DNA of 55,166 nucleotides from positions 1 to 55,166 of IMG/VR virus record IMGVR_UViG_3300030433_001688. One strand, 5' to 3'. The notes below the pieces were generated by a model. That model ran no database searches, was not told where the DNA came from, and worked only from the letters and a program-made list of their open reading frames with translations. Both the position numbers and the translations under genes were made by a program. Positions 38,097-47,056 of the stretch are shown here, piece by piece (position 1 is the first letter of the stretch; every line of letters starts with the position of its first letter). Source of the DNA: a virus. Lineage: Duplodnaviria; Caudoviricetes.

Positions 38097-38140
38097 TGGA
38101 GGCACCTAAAACGTGCCGACCACGTAGATTCTTTTTTTTT
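38086..38140 (+). terminator. Long imperfect hairpin with T tract
   Basis: AAGAATC..GTGG.GGCAC-loop-GTGCC..CCAC..GATTCTT running into a T9 tract. Confidence 0.7.
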
Positions 38141-38144
38141 GGGC

Positions 38145-38175
38145 TTGACTTTTTAAATTTTTTGTAGTAACTTTG
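38145..38175 (+). promoter_or_regulatory. Complete Bacteroidota sigma70-type promoter
   Basis: TTG(ACT)-N20-TAACTTTG; canonical spacing. Confidence 0.8.
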
Positions 38176-38179
38176 CTAC

Positions 38180-38330
38180 GACTTTAGTCACAACCATACG
38201 GCCAAAGGTCTTGAGGACTTTGACCTGGGTTGTTCAGAGGGAGGTTGCGTAAGTAACTTACAGGTCCTCCTACTACCGATTAGAGTCTACTATTACTTGT
38301 CTAGTATATGATAAGTAGTGACTAGGGCTA
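38180..38330 (+). ncRNA. Candidate structured ncRNA or leader (multi-branch)
   Basis: Closing stem CTTTAGTCAC/GTGACTAGGG enclosing three hairpins; directly after the promoter; no ORF. Confidence 0.55.
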
Positions 38331-38354
38331 GCTATATACTTAAATTAAATACAT

Positions 38355-38633
38355 ATGAATAAATACTTACTAGAGATCCTAGAAGACAATGAATGCCTTG
38401 TCGCCACTGGATTTGATGAAGCCATCATAGGTTTCAGTTATGGGTTAGAAACTAGAGCTGTCTACGATGTAGATCAGGTTTTAGATATCCTTCAAAGAGA
38501 TGATGGGATGACTCGTGAAGATGCCATGGAGCATTTTGATTACAACATTGCTGGGAGTTATGTAGGACCAAAGACACCGATCTTTGTTTACTGCACTGAT
38601 CCAGCATATACAATAGAGGGTAGCGATGAGTGA
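38355..38633 (+). CDS. Conserved phage hypothetical protein
   Basis: GFDEAIIG...AVYD...DAMEHFDYNIAGSYVG.KTP motif. Confidence 0.8.
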   Translation: MNKYLLEILEDNECLVATGFDEAIIGFSYGLETRAVYDVDQVLDILQRDDGMTREDAMEHFDYNIAGSYVGPKTPIFVYCTDPAYTIEGSDE

Positions 38634-38877
38634 TCAAGAATTTAAACCACTCGACCTTCTGCCAAAGGAGGACATTAAGATTGTGTTAAAGCAACACAGC
38701 AAAAGACAACTACTTGAAAAGGCTCTCTTATGGGAGATGCTTGCAAAGGAATACAAAAAACAATTAGAAAACCTTCAGAAGGATCAAGCATCTATAGATA
38801 AAGAGCGTGTTGAAGAATTTTTTAAATTAAATAAAGATGAGTTACAAAACGAACAAGACGACAAAAAAAAAGATTGA
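38626..38877 (+). CDS. Hypothetical coiled-coil protein
   Basis: 83 aa; overlapping operon arrangement. Confidence 0.7.
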   Translation: MSDQEFKPLDLLPKEDIKIVLKQHSKRQLLEKALLWEMLAKEYKKQLENLQKDQASIDKERVEEFFKLNKDELQNEQDDKKKD

Positions 38878-39040
38878 TTCTTTGCTTTCTAAGAATGCAT
38901 CATACCAGGCAGCTAATGTTTGTGTGACAAACTCTAAGACAAAAAGGAAAGAGATCAATAGATATTGTAGGGTAAACTTTATAAACCCTATAAAAGATAT
39001 CGACGAAGAATTTTACTCACGTATTAAAGAATCATACTAA
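38837..39040 (+). CDS. Hypothetical protein
   Basis: 67 aa, basic; coupled to the next gene. Confidence 0.6.
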   Translation: MSYKTNKTTKKKIDSLLSKNASYQAANVCVTNSKTKRKEINRYCRVNFINPIKDIDEEFYSRIKESY

Positions 39041-39360
39041 TGTCAGGAATCAAACCAAAAAGTATTAAGGATACTATTTCTGCTCTTCGCAACGGAAAGA
39101 GAGTGCGCCATATAGATCTTCAGACGTCATACTTAAATATGAATGACACTGAGAGAAAGCTTCTAAAGTCACTAGTACAAAATAGAAGGAGGGAGCTGTT
39201 GCTTTTATTTGCAGAAACTAACACTAACTCATTATGGAGGCAGATCTCTTTACTCGATAAGTTTATGTATCTCTTTACAAAAAATGAAGTGTATAATATA
39301 AATGAATATTTTACCATTCATGGTGATTACGTGTCTGGTCATATCTATTCTCCACAATAA
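39040..39360 (+). CDS. Hypothetical protein
   Basis: 106 aa; TAATG coupling. Confidence 0.7.
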   Translation: MSGIKPKSIKDTISALRNGKRVRHIDLQTSYLNMNDTERKLLKSLVQNRRRELLLLFAETNTNSLWRQISLLDKFMYLFTKNEVYNINEYFTIHGDYVSGHIYSPQ

Positions 39361-39371
39361 AATTATATCAT

Positions 39372-39379
39372 TATATTTG
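39372..39379 (+). promoter_or_regulatory. TATATTTG promoter
   Basis: 4 nt before GTG 39384. Confidence 0.65.
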
Positions 39380-39383
39380 CGAT

Positions 39384-39857
39384 GTGGGTAAAAGAAAACA
39401 ACCATATCGACTAGGTTTCCCTGAAAGATATTTTACACAGGGTGATGATAGTGCTGGTTCTGATGAAACACACGCAAGAAAAATGAGAGCACGAAAAAAA
39501 GCATACGAAGAGGGTAGAAAGATAGACCTAAAAAAGGTAGCCAAGCTAGGCATGAAGGTAAGTAAGTCTCCTGCACAGCAGGCAGCTATAGCTATTTCTA
39601 AAAAAGAAAAGGCTGGGGAGATGAAGAAGGGCGGTAAAGTTTCACGTAAAGCTTTAAGTGCTTCAGTAAAGAAAACTTTAAGAGCTAAAGCTAAAAAGTC
39701 AGGTAAATCATACGGTACTTTAGCAAAAGTATACCGCAGGGGCCAAGGAGCTTGGATGTCTGGCGGTAGCAGAAAAGGTATACCTATGGCTGCTTGGGCT
39801 ATGGGTAGAGTGAATAGCTTTATTCGAGGATCTAAAAAACACGATACAGACCTATAA
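39384..39857 (+). CDS. Basic viral protein (DUF5824-like C-terminus, from recall)
   Basis: KAKKSG...L.KVYRRGQGAW..GSR......WAMGRVNSF motif. Confidence 0.7.
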   Translation: MGKRKQPYRLGFPERYFTQGDDSAGSDETHARKMRARKKAYEEGRKIDLKKVAKLGMKVSKSPAQQAAIAISKKEKAGEMKKGGKVSRKALSASVKKTLRAKAKKSGKSYGTLAKVYRRGQGAWMSGGSRKGIPMAAWAMGRVNSFIRGSKKHDTDL

Positions 39858-39858
39858 T

Positions 39859-41070
39859 ATGAAACACGGAAAATTAATGCCAGGTGGTGGACACCTAAAA
39901 ATGCCAGGTGGAGGACGTCTTTACGAGATTTTGAAAAAAGGCGGTAAGCTAAAGATGGTAAAAAATGATAAGGGTGAAATGGTTCCCTTTTATGCTGCAG
40001 ACGGTATTGGAAAGATGGAGTACGGAGGTAAGACTATGGGACATGGAGGTATGATGGAGGATGGTCCTATGCTTGTTATCAAACTAGGTAAGGATGGTAT
40101 GAAGTATATGCAAGAGGGAGGTAAAAATGAAGACGAAGGGTTTGGTGAAAACGATCCGTTTGAAGGAAGAGCTAAAGGTACTAGAGATAACGAGTTAGTG
40201 AATGATGACGGAAAGACTATGTTTAACTCAGGGATTGAAGGTTTTAATCCTAAAACATTAGGAGAATTTTCAAATAGATTTTTTGTTCGTGATAATAATG
40301 AAGAGGGCAGCACAGACGGTCGATTTGATGCAGCTGTAAAGCTTGATGACGGCAGAATCGTACCTATATCCAAAGAACAGTTTCTTTTTATGAATGAACA
40401 ATTCAGAAGTAATGATTACGGTAAGACTATGGAAGCAGGATCTCCTGAGCCTCAAAAAAGAAATCTTATGTTTTATTTACCTGAATTTAATCCTAACTAT
40501 GACGAGTCTGGAACTGAAATAACAAGTAGAGAGTCTAGAAATTTAGGTAAATTTAATAGAAGGTTTGATAAAGAACTTGATCAATTTTATGATACTGAAG
40601 CGTTTGATGTAAGAGCTGCGGCAATGGCGACAGATGAAGAGAAAGAAAGGCTAAACCTTCCACTAAGCGGAGGTGAAGAAAAGCTACAAAAAGAACTAGC
40701 CATAAATGCTAACTTAAACCCACTTAAAAGACAAGAGGCTCATCGGCTTGGACAAAATTTTGCTGCTAAAACATTTTTTGAAGGATCAGGAGATGCTAAA
40801 GGTATAGAAGCTGTACAGGGCAAAGCTACTAGATTTAGATCGCAAATAGAAGGAACTGGAGAAGAAAAAGATAAAGAAGTAGAAACATCTGGTGCAGGTA
40901 TGGATACTCCAGGAATGCAACGTATTCAAGCTCCTGATTTTAGTACACCAATCCCAAGTTCATTAAGACAAGAGACTGCATCAGCGATGAATTTTGGGGG
41001 TAGACTTCGTATGGCTAATCAAGGGGCAAAGATGGCTAGACGTACTGTATTTAGATTTCCAAGATCATAA
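39859..41070 (+). CDS. Hypothetical protein with MxxGG repeats
   Basis: Multiple MPGGG, MEYGG, MGHGG, MQEGG and MNFGG motifs; VPFYAADG.GKM. Confidence 0.75.
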   Translation: MKHGKLMPGGGHLKMPGGGRLYEILKKGGKLKMVKNDKGEMVPFYAADGIGKMEYGGKTMGHGGMMEDGPMLVIKLGKDGMKYMQEGGKNEDEGFGENDPFEGRAKGTRDNELVNDDGKTMFNSGIEGFNPKTLGEFSNRFFVRDNNEEGSTDGRFDAAVKLDDGRIVPISKEQFLFMNEQFRSNDYGKTMEAGSPEPQKRNLMFYLPEFNPNYDESGTEITSRESRNLGKFNRRFDKELDQFYDTEAFDVRAAAMATDEEKERLNLPLSGGEEKLQKELAINANLNPLKRQEAHRLGQNFAAKTFFEGSGDAKGIEAVQGKATRFRSQIEGTGEEKDKEVETSGAGMDTPGMQRIQAPDFSTPIPSSLRQETASAMNFGGRLRMANQGAKMARRTVFRFPRS

Positions 41071-41074
41071 TAAA

Positions 41075-41099
41075 AAAAGAGGGGTATAACCCCTCTTTT
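41075..41099. terminator. Bidirectional intrinsic terminator
   Basis: AAAAGAGGGGT-ata-ACCCCTCTTTT between convergent genes. Confidence 0.85.
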
Positions 41100-41103
41100 A
41101 TAT

Positions 41104-41580
41104 TTATAAAGTTGTGTAAGTAAAGTAAGCGTTTTCATCTAAAATTTGAAAACTTCTTGTTGTTTCAAGCACTCCGTCTTTATTGATTTTTGTTTTACCA
41201 TTGTCTTTGTATGTATTTACCCAATCATCGCTAATTACCAAGGTAGTGGCAATATTCATAGGAGTTTCGTCATACATGTGACCTTCTATTAAATATACTC
41301 CTGGTCTGTCAAAGTAAACTTTCATCTGTCTCTCTCCGTATTTGATCTTGTAAAGACCTAGCTGGATATCTTCATCACTTAAATCTGGTTTAGCAAAAAA
41401 ACTTCGTACGCTATCTAAATCATTTGCATCGACTGTAGATAATTTCCATATCCATACCTCATCAGGTACTACACCACCTTTCTCGATATTGATGTACTGA
41501 ATAAATGGTTCTGATAAAAATTCTTGACAGAAAAGTGTGCCGCTAAATACTAGGGCGAGTGTTAAAAATAAATTCTTCAT
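41104..41580 (-). CDS. Secreted protein (moron-like, opposite strand)
   Basis: Signal peptide MKNLFLTLALVFSGTLFC/Q; candidate promoter TTG-N21-TATACTTG at 41638-41607; own terminator. Confidence 0.75.
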   Translation of the reverse strand: MKNLFLTLALVFSGTLFCQEFLSEPFIQYINIEKGGVVPDEVWIWKLSTVDANDLDSVRSFFAKPDLSDEDIQLGLYKIKYGERQMKVYFDRPGVYLIEGHMYDETPMNIATTLVISDDWVNTYKDNGKTKINKDGVLETTRSFQILDENAYFTYTTL

Positions 41581-41664
41581 AGCTTTTATATATTTGTTGT
41601 TTGATTCAAGTATATAATTTTTATTCGATACAAGTCAAGTTTTTTCAACTTTTTAACAAATAAC

Positions 41665-41964
41665 ATGAGGGCAGGTAAGAAGCGTGATCCAAAAGTAGGT
41701 ACGGGTAAAAAGCCTAAAGGCTCCGATAGACGCTTGTATACAGACGAAAACCCCAAGGATACAGTAGGTATTAAGTTTGCTACAGTACAAGATGCAAAGG
41801 ATACAGTAGCTAAGGTGATGCGCATCAATAAACCGTTTGCTAGAAAGATACAGATACTTACAGTAGGAGAACAAAGATCTAGATATTCTAAGCCTAAGAA
41901 AGTAAAGCAGATGAATATATTTAAAAAAGCAAAAGAAGCGTTACGCAAAAAACACAACAAATGA
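41665..41964 (+). CDS. Basic conserved hypothetical protein
   Basis: GTGKKPKGSDRRLYTDENPKDTV.IKFAT motif; TATATTTG at 41589-41596 upstream. Confidence 0.75.
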   Translation: MRAGKKRDPKVGTGKKPKGSDRRLYTDENPKDTVGIKFATVQDAKDTVAKVMRINKPFARKIQILTVGEQRSRYSKPKKVKQMNIFKKAKEALRKKHNK

Positions 41965-42164
41965 GATACGGTAAAAAAAGAAAACTAAAGGAAGGTGGTA
42001 AGCTAACCATGACAAACAAAAGTGTTAAGGTAGATCCACCAAAGGGATATCACTGGATGGAAGAGTCAGGAAGATTCTACCTTATGGAGGGAGAGTACCA
42101 ACCACATGACGGAGCTGTAGAAAGAGCTAAGTTCACAGTTGTAACTCACCCAAAAGCTAAATAA
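41961..42164 (+). CDS. Small hypothetical protein
   Basis: LKEGG motif; PPKGYHWM. Confidence 0.7.
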   Translation: MRYGKKRKLKEGGKLTMTNKSVKVDPPKGYHWMEESGRFYLMEGEYQPHDGAVERAKFTVVTHPKAK

Positions 42165-42588
42165 CAATCTGCTCTAAACCTTCTAGTTTTCTGTAAAACT
42201 TTTGTATCGTTAGTCTAGCACGTTGTGTTATAGTGTATCTATTTTTATAGTTTTTCCTTTCGTGGAATAGAGCTTCAGAAAAAGACATCTCGTTGACTTT
42301 AGTTCTGTCGAAGGCTTTTTCTATCCACCCACGTTTCTGTAAAGGATATAGAACTTTTTGTTTGAACTTACGTGGGCTCTGATATAATGCATCAGCCATA
42401 TGGTCGGCTGTAAAAAACTCGTAGTCGTACATAAATATTAAGACGTTGATTTCGTTCATGGTAAGATCTGTACTGTTAGATATGTCACGTATAGCGTGCT
42501 TATAGTACTTCATATAGTTCTTCCCGACATACCTATCATTAAGATAACTGAACTCTCGTATCTTACGTCCTTTATGATATCTACTCAT
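42157..42588 (-). CDS. Winged-helix (MarR-like) DNA-binding protein
   Basis: DLTMNEINVLIFMY...LYPLQKRGWIEK...YTITQRA; start MSRYHK at 42588, divergent from the promoter at 42594. Confidence 0.65.
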   Translation of the reverse strand: MSRYHKGRKIREFSYLNDRYVGKNYMKYYKHAIRDISNSTDLTMNEINVLIFMYDYEFFTADHMADALYQSPRKFKQKVLYPLQKRGWIEKAFDRTKVNEMSFSEALFHERKNYKNRYTITQRARLTIQKFYRKLEGLEQIVI

Positions 42589-42593
42589 TTGAT

Positions 42594-42601
42594 TATATTT
42601 G
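42594..42601 (+). promoter_or_regulatory. TATATTTG promoter of the packaging operon
   Basis: 16 nt before ATG 42618. Confidence 0.7.
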
Positions 42602-42617
42602 CTGTAAAAATAAGAAC

Positions 42618-43490
42618 ATGGGAACTCTTTCTGGAAATGCAATAAAAAATACTTATCAGGGTTTGCTGAAGACCTCTGATGCAGCTGCTTTAACATCCTC
42701 GTTAAAGGTTATAGAAGACGGTACTGGAGTAGATAGCGCCTTATCACTTTCTACCACTAGCGTCAAAGCAGAGTCTTTACAAATAAATACTGTAGCTGAT
42801 GGATCATCTAGCACTGTTCTTGTTTGGGATAGCTCTAGTAAAACAGTTTCCAAAAGAGCCCTCCCAATATTTGATCCCATAACAGCAACTGTTTCAGGTG
42901 CAACAAACCCTACTTTAAGAATATCTGATAGTGCAAGCAATAGCTCTTCATTTATATTTTTTGGAGGAACAGGAATAGAAGTTTCACAAGCTACTAATAC
43001 AATAACGTTTTCTTCTAAAAACCAAACAACCAACACTATTACAGGGGCAACTACTTTAACAGCTGCTGATTCTGGTAAGGTTCATCTTCTAGATGCAAAT
43101 GCAATTAATGGTGATACAATAACATTACCTTCATGCGCAGATGGATTATACTTTAAGTTTTTATTTATTACAACAAAAGGAACAGAGTTTAATATCGTTA
43201 CAGCCAATGCTGCAGCATCGGGAACAGTAGAAAGATTTATAGGTAAGGTTGTTGTTCAGAGCACCACTGATGATCAAATAGCTGTTCAGCGTGTAACAAA
43301 TACAGGTAATACATTTGACAACGATACGTTGTCTCTTGATGGAGATTCTGCAACAAGTGGTGGAATGGAAGGTGATATAATAGAAATTTATGGGTGTACT
43401 ATTTCTAGTGTAGCGACATGGGTTGTTGATGCAAGACTAACTACAACAAATGCTAACCCATCTAGTATTGCAGTAATAGGTGCTTCATAA
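42618..43490 (+). CDS. Putative virion fibre/decoration protein
   Basis: Thr/Ser/Gly-rich; N-terminal IKNTYQGLLKT...IEDG.G..SAL.LS; TLTAADSG...ITLP...GLYFKF domain. Confidence 0.6.
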   Translation: MGTLSGNAIKNTYQGLLKTSDAAALTSSLKVIEDGTGVDSALSLSTTSVKAESLQINTVADGSSSTVLVWDSSSKTVSKRALPIFDPITATVSGATNPTLRISDSASNSSSFIFFGGTGIEVSQATNTITFSSKNQTTNTITGATTLTAADSGKVHLLDANAINGDTITLPSCADGLYFKFLFITTKGTEFNIVTANAAASGTVERFIGKVVVQSTTDDQIAVQRVTNTGNTFDNDTLSLDGDSATSGGMEGDIIEIYGCTISSVATWVVDARLTTTNANPSSIAVIGAS

Positions 43491-43768
43491 TGAGTAGCAA
43501 GCACGACGCCATAGAAGAGATAGCTGAAGTATTAGATACATTAAATAATATTATATCTAAGTACGAACTAGAAGATGAGTTTGCATACGTCTTCTGTTGC
43601 GCTGTACCTTTAGGGGTTAATGTTTTTGAAACGGAATACACAGCAGGATACTCTTGGAGCACGCAAGGTAAAAAAGAGTTTGATGCTATACTTACTATAT
43701 TAGAAAACGCTTACCACAAACGTGATGACGGAAAGTGGGAGCTATTGAATAACATATCACTAAATTAA
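43490..43768 (+). CDS. Hypothetical protein
   Basis: 92 aa; TAATG coupling. Confidence 0.7.
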   Translation: MSSKHDAIEEIAEVLDTLNNIISKYELEDEFAYVFCCAVPLGVNVFETEYTAGYSWSTQGKKEFDAILTILENAYHKRDDGKWELLNNISLN

Positions 43769-43780
43769 AATTAATTACAT

Positions 43781-44020
43781 ATGGCAAACATTATCAGAAA
43801 GATAGTTGTTGGCCCCAATCCCAAAGACGCAATGGCTTACTATTTAGGTATGCGTGCAGGAGACGGAAGGGTTTCAGCTATCATGGAAAACGAAAGGTCT
43901 TTATACAAATTCAATGTTCGTAGATACGAAGTCTACATAGAAGATCAAGATTCTACTTACCTTTGGAAAACGGTTGAGAATCAACCAGTATTAATTGAAT
44001 ATGATTGTAAATTTGAATAG
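43781..44020 (+). CDS. Conserved hypothetical protein upstream of GroES
   Basis: IIRKIVVG..PKDAMAY..G...LWK...PV.IEYD motif. Confidence 0.75.
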   Translation: MANIIRKIVVGPNPKDAMAYYLGMRAGDGRVSAIMENERSLYKFNVRRYEVYIEDQDSTYLWKTVENQPVLIEYDCKFE

Positions 44021-44022
44021 AG

Positions 44023-44628
44023 ATGCAGGGCGTATATCATTTTATTGTAAGTGTACCAAAGAAATTTGAGGACACTTTAAAGCTTGGGGATAAAGAGATA
44101 TTCTTAGAAAGTAAGTTTAACGAGTTTGAGCATAGGATCTCTTATGGAGAGATTATAGCTACACCTATGAAACATCCAGATCTAGAGTGTAAGCCTGGTG
44201 ACACCCTTATATTTCACCATCATGTAACAACAAATCCAGCATTGAACTTAGGCGACAAAAGACACCTTGTTCTTTACGATGCAGAAAACGGGAGGATGAG
44301 TCAAGCAATAGCATATAGAGATAAAGATTCTGGAGAGTTGCATATGCTTTCTGACTGGCTGTTTGTTTTACCTGTAGACGAAAGAGAAGATGAGGTTTCT
44401 GAAAGCGGTATTATAACAGAGCTTGCAACACAAAAAGAACTGCCTGATGAGGCAGAAATATATATGCCTCATCCAGAGTTAGAAGCTCAAGGTGTAAAGC
44501 CAGGTGATATTGTAGGTTTTGATAAAAACTCTGACTATAAGATAAAGCTAGATAATGGCGATGTTGTTTATAGAATGAGAGTAGACGATATAAGCTATGT
44601 CAAAGTTTACGACGGAGAGTGCAGCTAA
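44023..44628 (+). CDS. groES: GroES-like co-chaperonin, apparently two tandem domains
   Basis: Second half SDWLFVLP...SESGII...GVKPGDIVGF...YRMRVDDI; first half G.IIA.P...KPGDTLIF. Confidence 0.8.
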   Translation: MQGVYHFIVSVPKKFEDTLKLGDKEIFLESKFNEFEHRISYGEIIATPMKHPDLECKPGDTLIFHHHVTTNPALNLGDKRHLVLYDAENGRMSQAIAYRDKDSGELHMLSDWLFVLPVDEREDEVSESGIITELATQKELPDEAEIYMPHPELEAQGVKPGDIVGFDKNSDYKIKLDNGDVVYRMRVDDISYVKVYDGECS

Positions 44629-44881
44629 AAGGCTTATGTCTTCTATGGAGCAGGCCATAGACAATATGATTAGTGAAATTAAAAAACCTGTTGATCAAGA
44701 AATCAATGGTAGCGCACGTAAAGCTGAGTTGCAGTCTATAAAGCAAACTGCTATTGATTGCAAAGAGCTTCTTATAGAACGTCAGAAGTTAGAGCAGATG
44801 TTAAAAGATCTTTCTAGTAACGGACAAATAGAAGAAGAGGCTGATTACAGTAGCGGTTTTGCAGAACGTTTTTCTAAATAA
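44597..44881 (+). CDS. Helical protein, candidate terminase small subunit
   Basis: Directly upstream of terL; ends SGFAERFSK. Confidence 0.5.
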   Translation: MSKFTTESAAKRLMSSMEQAIDNMISEIKKPVDQEINGSARKAELQSIKQTAIDCKELLIERQKLEQMLKDLSSNGQIEEEADYSSGFAERFSK

Positions 44882-47019
44882 TGCTTATCGATGTTAATGA
44901 ATATGATGAGCAAGCTGTTGGCATATGCCCCGATGGTACGCAGGGTAAAGTTATCACGATTAGTGGTCTACACATTATGCTTCCCAAACAACCAGCCGAT
45001 TCCGATATTGCCTTCTACGACCTTCCGCAGGAGGAGCAATATTGGAGGCGTCAAGAACTACCCAAAGAGTTGCTTAGGATTCGCAGTATGGACGAGTGGA
45101 TGGAGGCGCCGAGCGAGTTTAGAAAAAGGTTTCGTCCGTATATCGAAGAAGAATTTAGACGTAGGCGTCAGGGTTTTTGGTTTTATAATAACGGCACACC
45201 TGTCTATATATCGGGGCGTCATTACATGTTCCTACAATGGTCCAGAATAGATATAGGCTATCCGTCGTATCTTTCTTACCAACGTGAAATCTATCTACAC
45301 ATGGCTGCGTGCGAGTCTGATCCTCGCTGTATCGGTCAGCTATATACTAAGTGTCGTCGCTCTGGCTATACCAATATCTGTGCTTCTGTTCTTGTGGATG
45401 AAGCTACACAGGTTAAAGATAAGCTTTTGGGTATACAGTCGAAAACTGGTAAAGACGCTCAGGAAAATATCTTTATGAAAAAAGTGGTCCCGATTTTTAA
45501 ATCGTACCCTTTCTTTTTCAAACCTATACAAGACGGTACTACAAACCCTCGTATGGAGCTAGCTTTCCGAGAACCCTCGAAACGTATCACAAAAAACAAC
45601 AAAACTTCTGCAAAAGGTGAAGCGTTAAATACAATCATCAATTGGAAGAACACCACTAACAATGCGTATGACGGAGAGAAGCTACACCTATTGTATCTTG
45701 ATGAGGCAGGTAAATGGGAAAAGCCAACCGATATAAAGGAGGCGTGGAGGATACAAAGAACTTGCCTTATTGTAGGTAGGAAGATAGTAGGGAAGTCTTT
45801 GGTTGGTAGCACAGTCAATCCTATGGACAAAGGTGGTAAGCAGTATAAAAAGTTATGGGAGGATTCTGATCCGTGTATGCGTAATGCTAACGGAAGAACT
45901 GTATCTGGATTGTACAGATTGTTCATACCAGCTTACGATGCGTTAGAAGGATTCTTTGATATTCATGGAGATGCTGTTATAGAAGATCCTAAGTCACCAG
46001 TCGAAGGTATTGATGGAGAAATTGTAGCTTTTGGATCTAAGACGTTTTTAAAAAACGAGAGGTCTGCTATGAAGACTGACGCTAGGGAACTCAATGAGTT
46101 TATACGTCAGTTTCCGTTTTCTCCTGAAGAAGCTTTTAGAGATAGTATAGAGGGTAGTCTGTTTAATATAGGAAAGATCTATGAGCAGATAGAACACAAT
46201 GATGGGTTGTACCCTAATCCTATAGTTCAAGGAAACTTTGTATGGGTAGGCGGAAAGCGTGACGGTAACGTAGCTTTTAGACCTATGGCTGACGGAAGGT
46301 GGAGGGTAGCATGGATGCCTCCAGCGGAAATGCAGAACAAAAGAGTTTTAGAAAGGGGTAAGCTTATAGCACCAAACGCTTCATTCGGCTGTGGGGGTGT
46401 CGACTCTTATGATCTTGACGCTACAGTTGATGGTAGAGGTTCAAAAGGTGCGTGCCATTTGTTTAACAAGTTTAATATGGTGTATCCCTCTAACATGTTT
46501 GTTGCGGAATATGTAAGCCGCCCTCCTATGGCTAAGATCTTTTATGAGGATATACTTATGGCTTCTTTCTTTTATGGGTATCCATTACTTATAGAGAATA
46601 ATAAATACGGAATCGTTAGATACTTTGAAGAACGTGGATATGATGGTTATGTGTTGGATAGACCAGATCACTTAAAATCATCTAGTTACAGTAGCAACGT
46701 AAAAACAAAAGGTATCCCGTCTAACTCACAAGACGTACTCCAAGCGCATGCTCAAGCTGTAGAAGACTATATCCATCAACATGTGGGGTATAATGAAGAT
46801 GGAGATATAGGAAAAATGTATTTTAATCGCACATTAGAAGACTGGATAGGTTTTAAAATAAATGATAGAACAAAGTATGACCTTACGATAAGTTCTGGCC
46901 TGGCTTTGCTAGCATCTCAAAAGGTAGACAAGAAAATAAAAAAGAGTAATTTTAACGAGAAAACTTTTTTCAGAAAATACAAATACAACTCTTCGGGCCC
47001 CTCAATTCTAAAAAAGTGA
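44881..47019 (+). CDS. terL: Terminase large subunit
   Basis: KCRRSGYT (Walker A variant), LYLDEAGKW (Walker B), GSTVN; nuclease domain GVDSYD, LIENN and YDLTISSGLAL. Confidence 0.93.
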   Translation: MLIDVNEYDEQAVGICPDGTQGKVITISGLHIMLPKQPADSDIAFYDLPQEEQYWRRQELPKELLRIRSMDEWMEAPSEFRKRFRPYIEEEFRRRRQGFWFYNNGTPVYISGRHYMFLQWSRIDIGYPSYLSYQREIYLHMAACESDPRCIGQLYTKCRRSGYTNICASVLVDEATQVKDKLLGIQSKTGKDAQENIFMKKVVPIFKSYPFFFKPIQDGTTNPRMELAFREPSKRITKNNKTSAKGEALNTIINWKNTTNNAYDGEKLHLLYLDEAGKWEKPTDIKEAWRIQRTCLIVGRKIVGKSLVGSTVNPMDKGGKQYKKLWEDSDPCMRNANGRTVSGLYRLFIPAYDALEGFFDIHGDAVIEDPKSPVEGIDGEIVAFGSKTFLKNERSAMKTDARELNEFIRQFPFSPEEAFRDSIEGSLFNIGKIYEQIEHNDGLYPNPIVQGNFVWVGGKRDGNVAFRPMADGRWRVAWMPPAEMQNKRVLERGKLIAPNASFGCGGVDSYDLDATVDGRGSKGACHLFNKFNMVYPSNMFVAEYVSRPPMAKIFYEDILMASFFYGYPLLIENNKYGIVRYFEERGYDGYVLDRPDHLKSSSYSSNVKTKGIPSNSQDVLQAHAQAVEDYIHQHVGYNEDGDIGKMYFNRTLEDWIGFKINDRTKYDLTISSGLALLASQKVDKKIKKSNFNEKTFFRKYKYNSSGPSILKK

Positions 47020-47026
47020 AAAACAG

Positions 47027-47034
47027 TATATTTG
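47027..47034 (+). promoter_or_regulatory. TATATTTG promoter before the portal gene
   Basis: Intergenic between terL and portal. Confidence 0.7.
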
Positions 47035-47056
47035 CAGATATGACAACTGAAGCATA

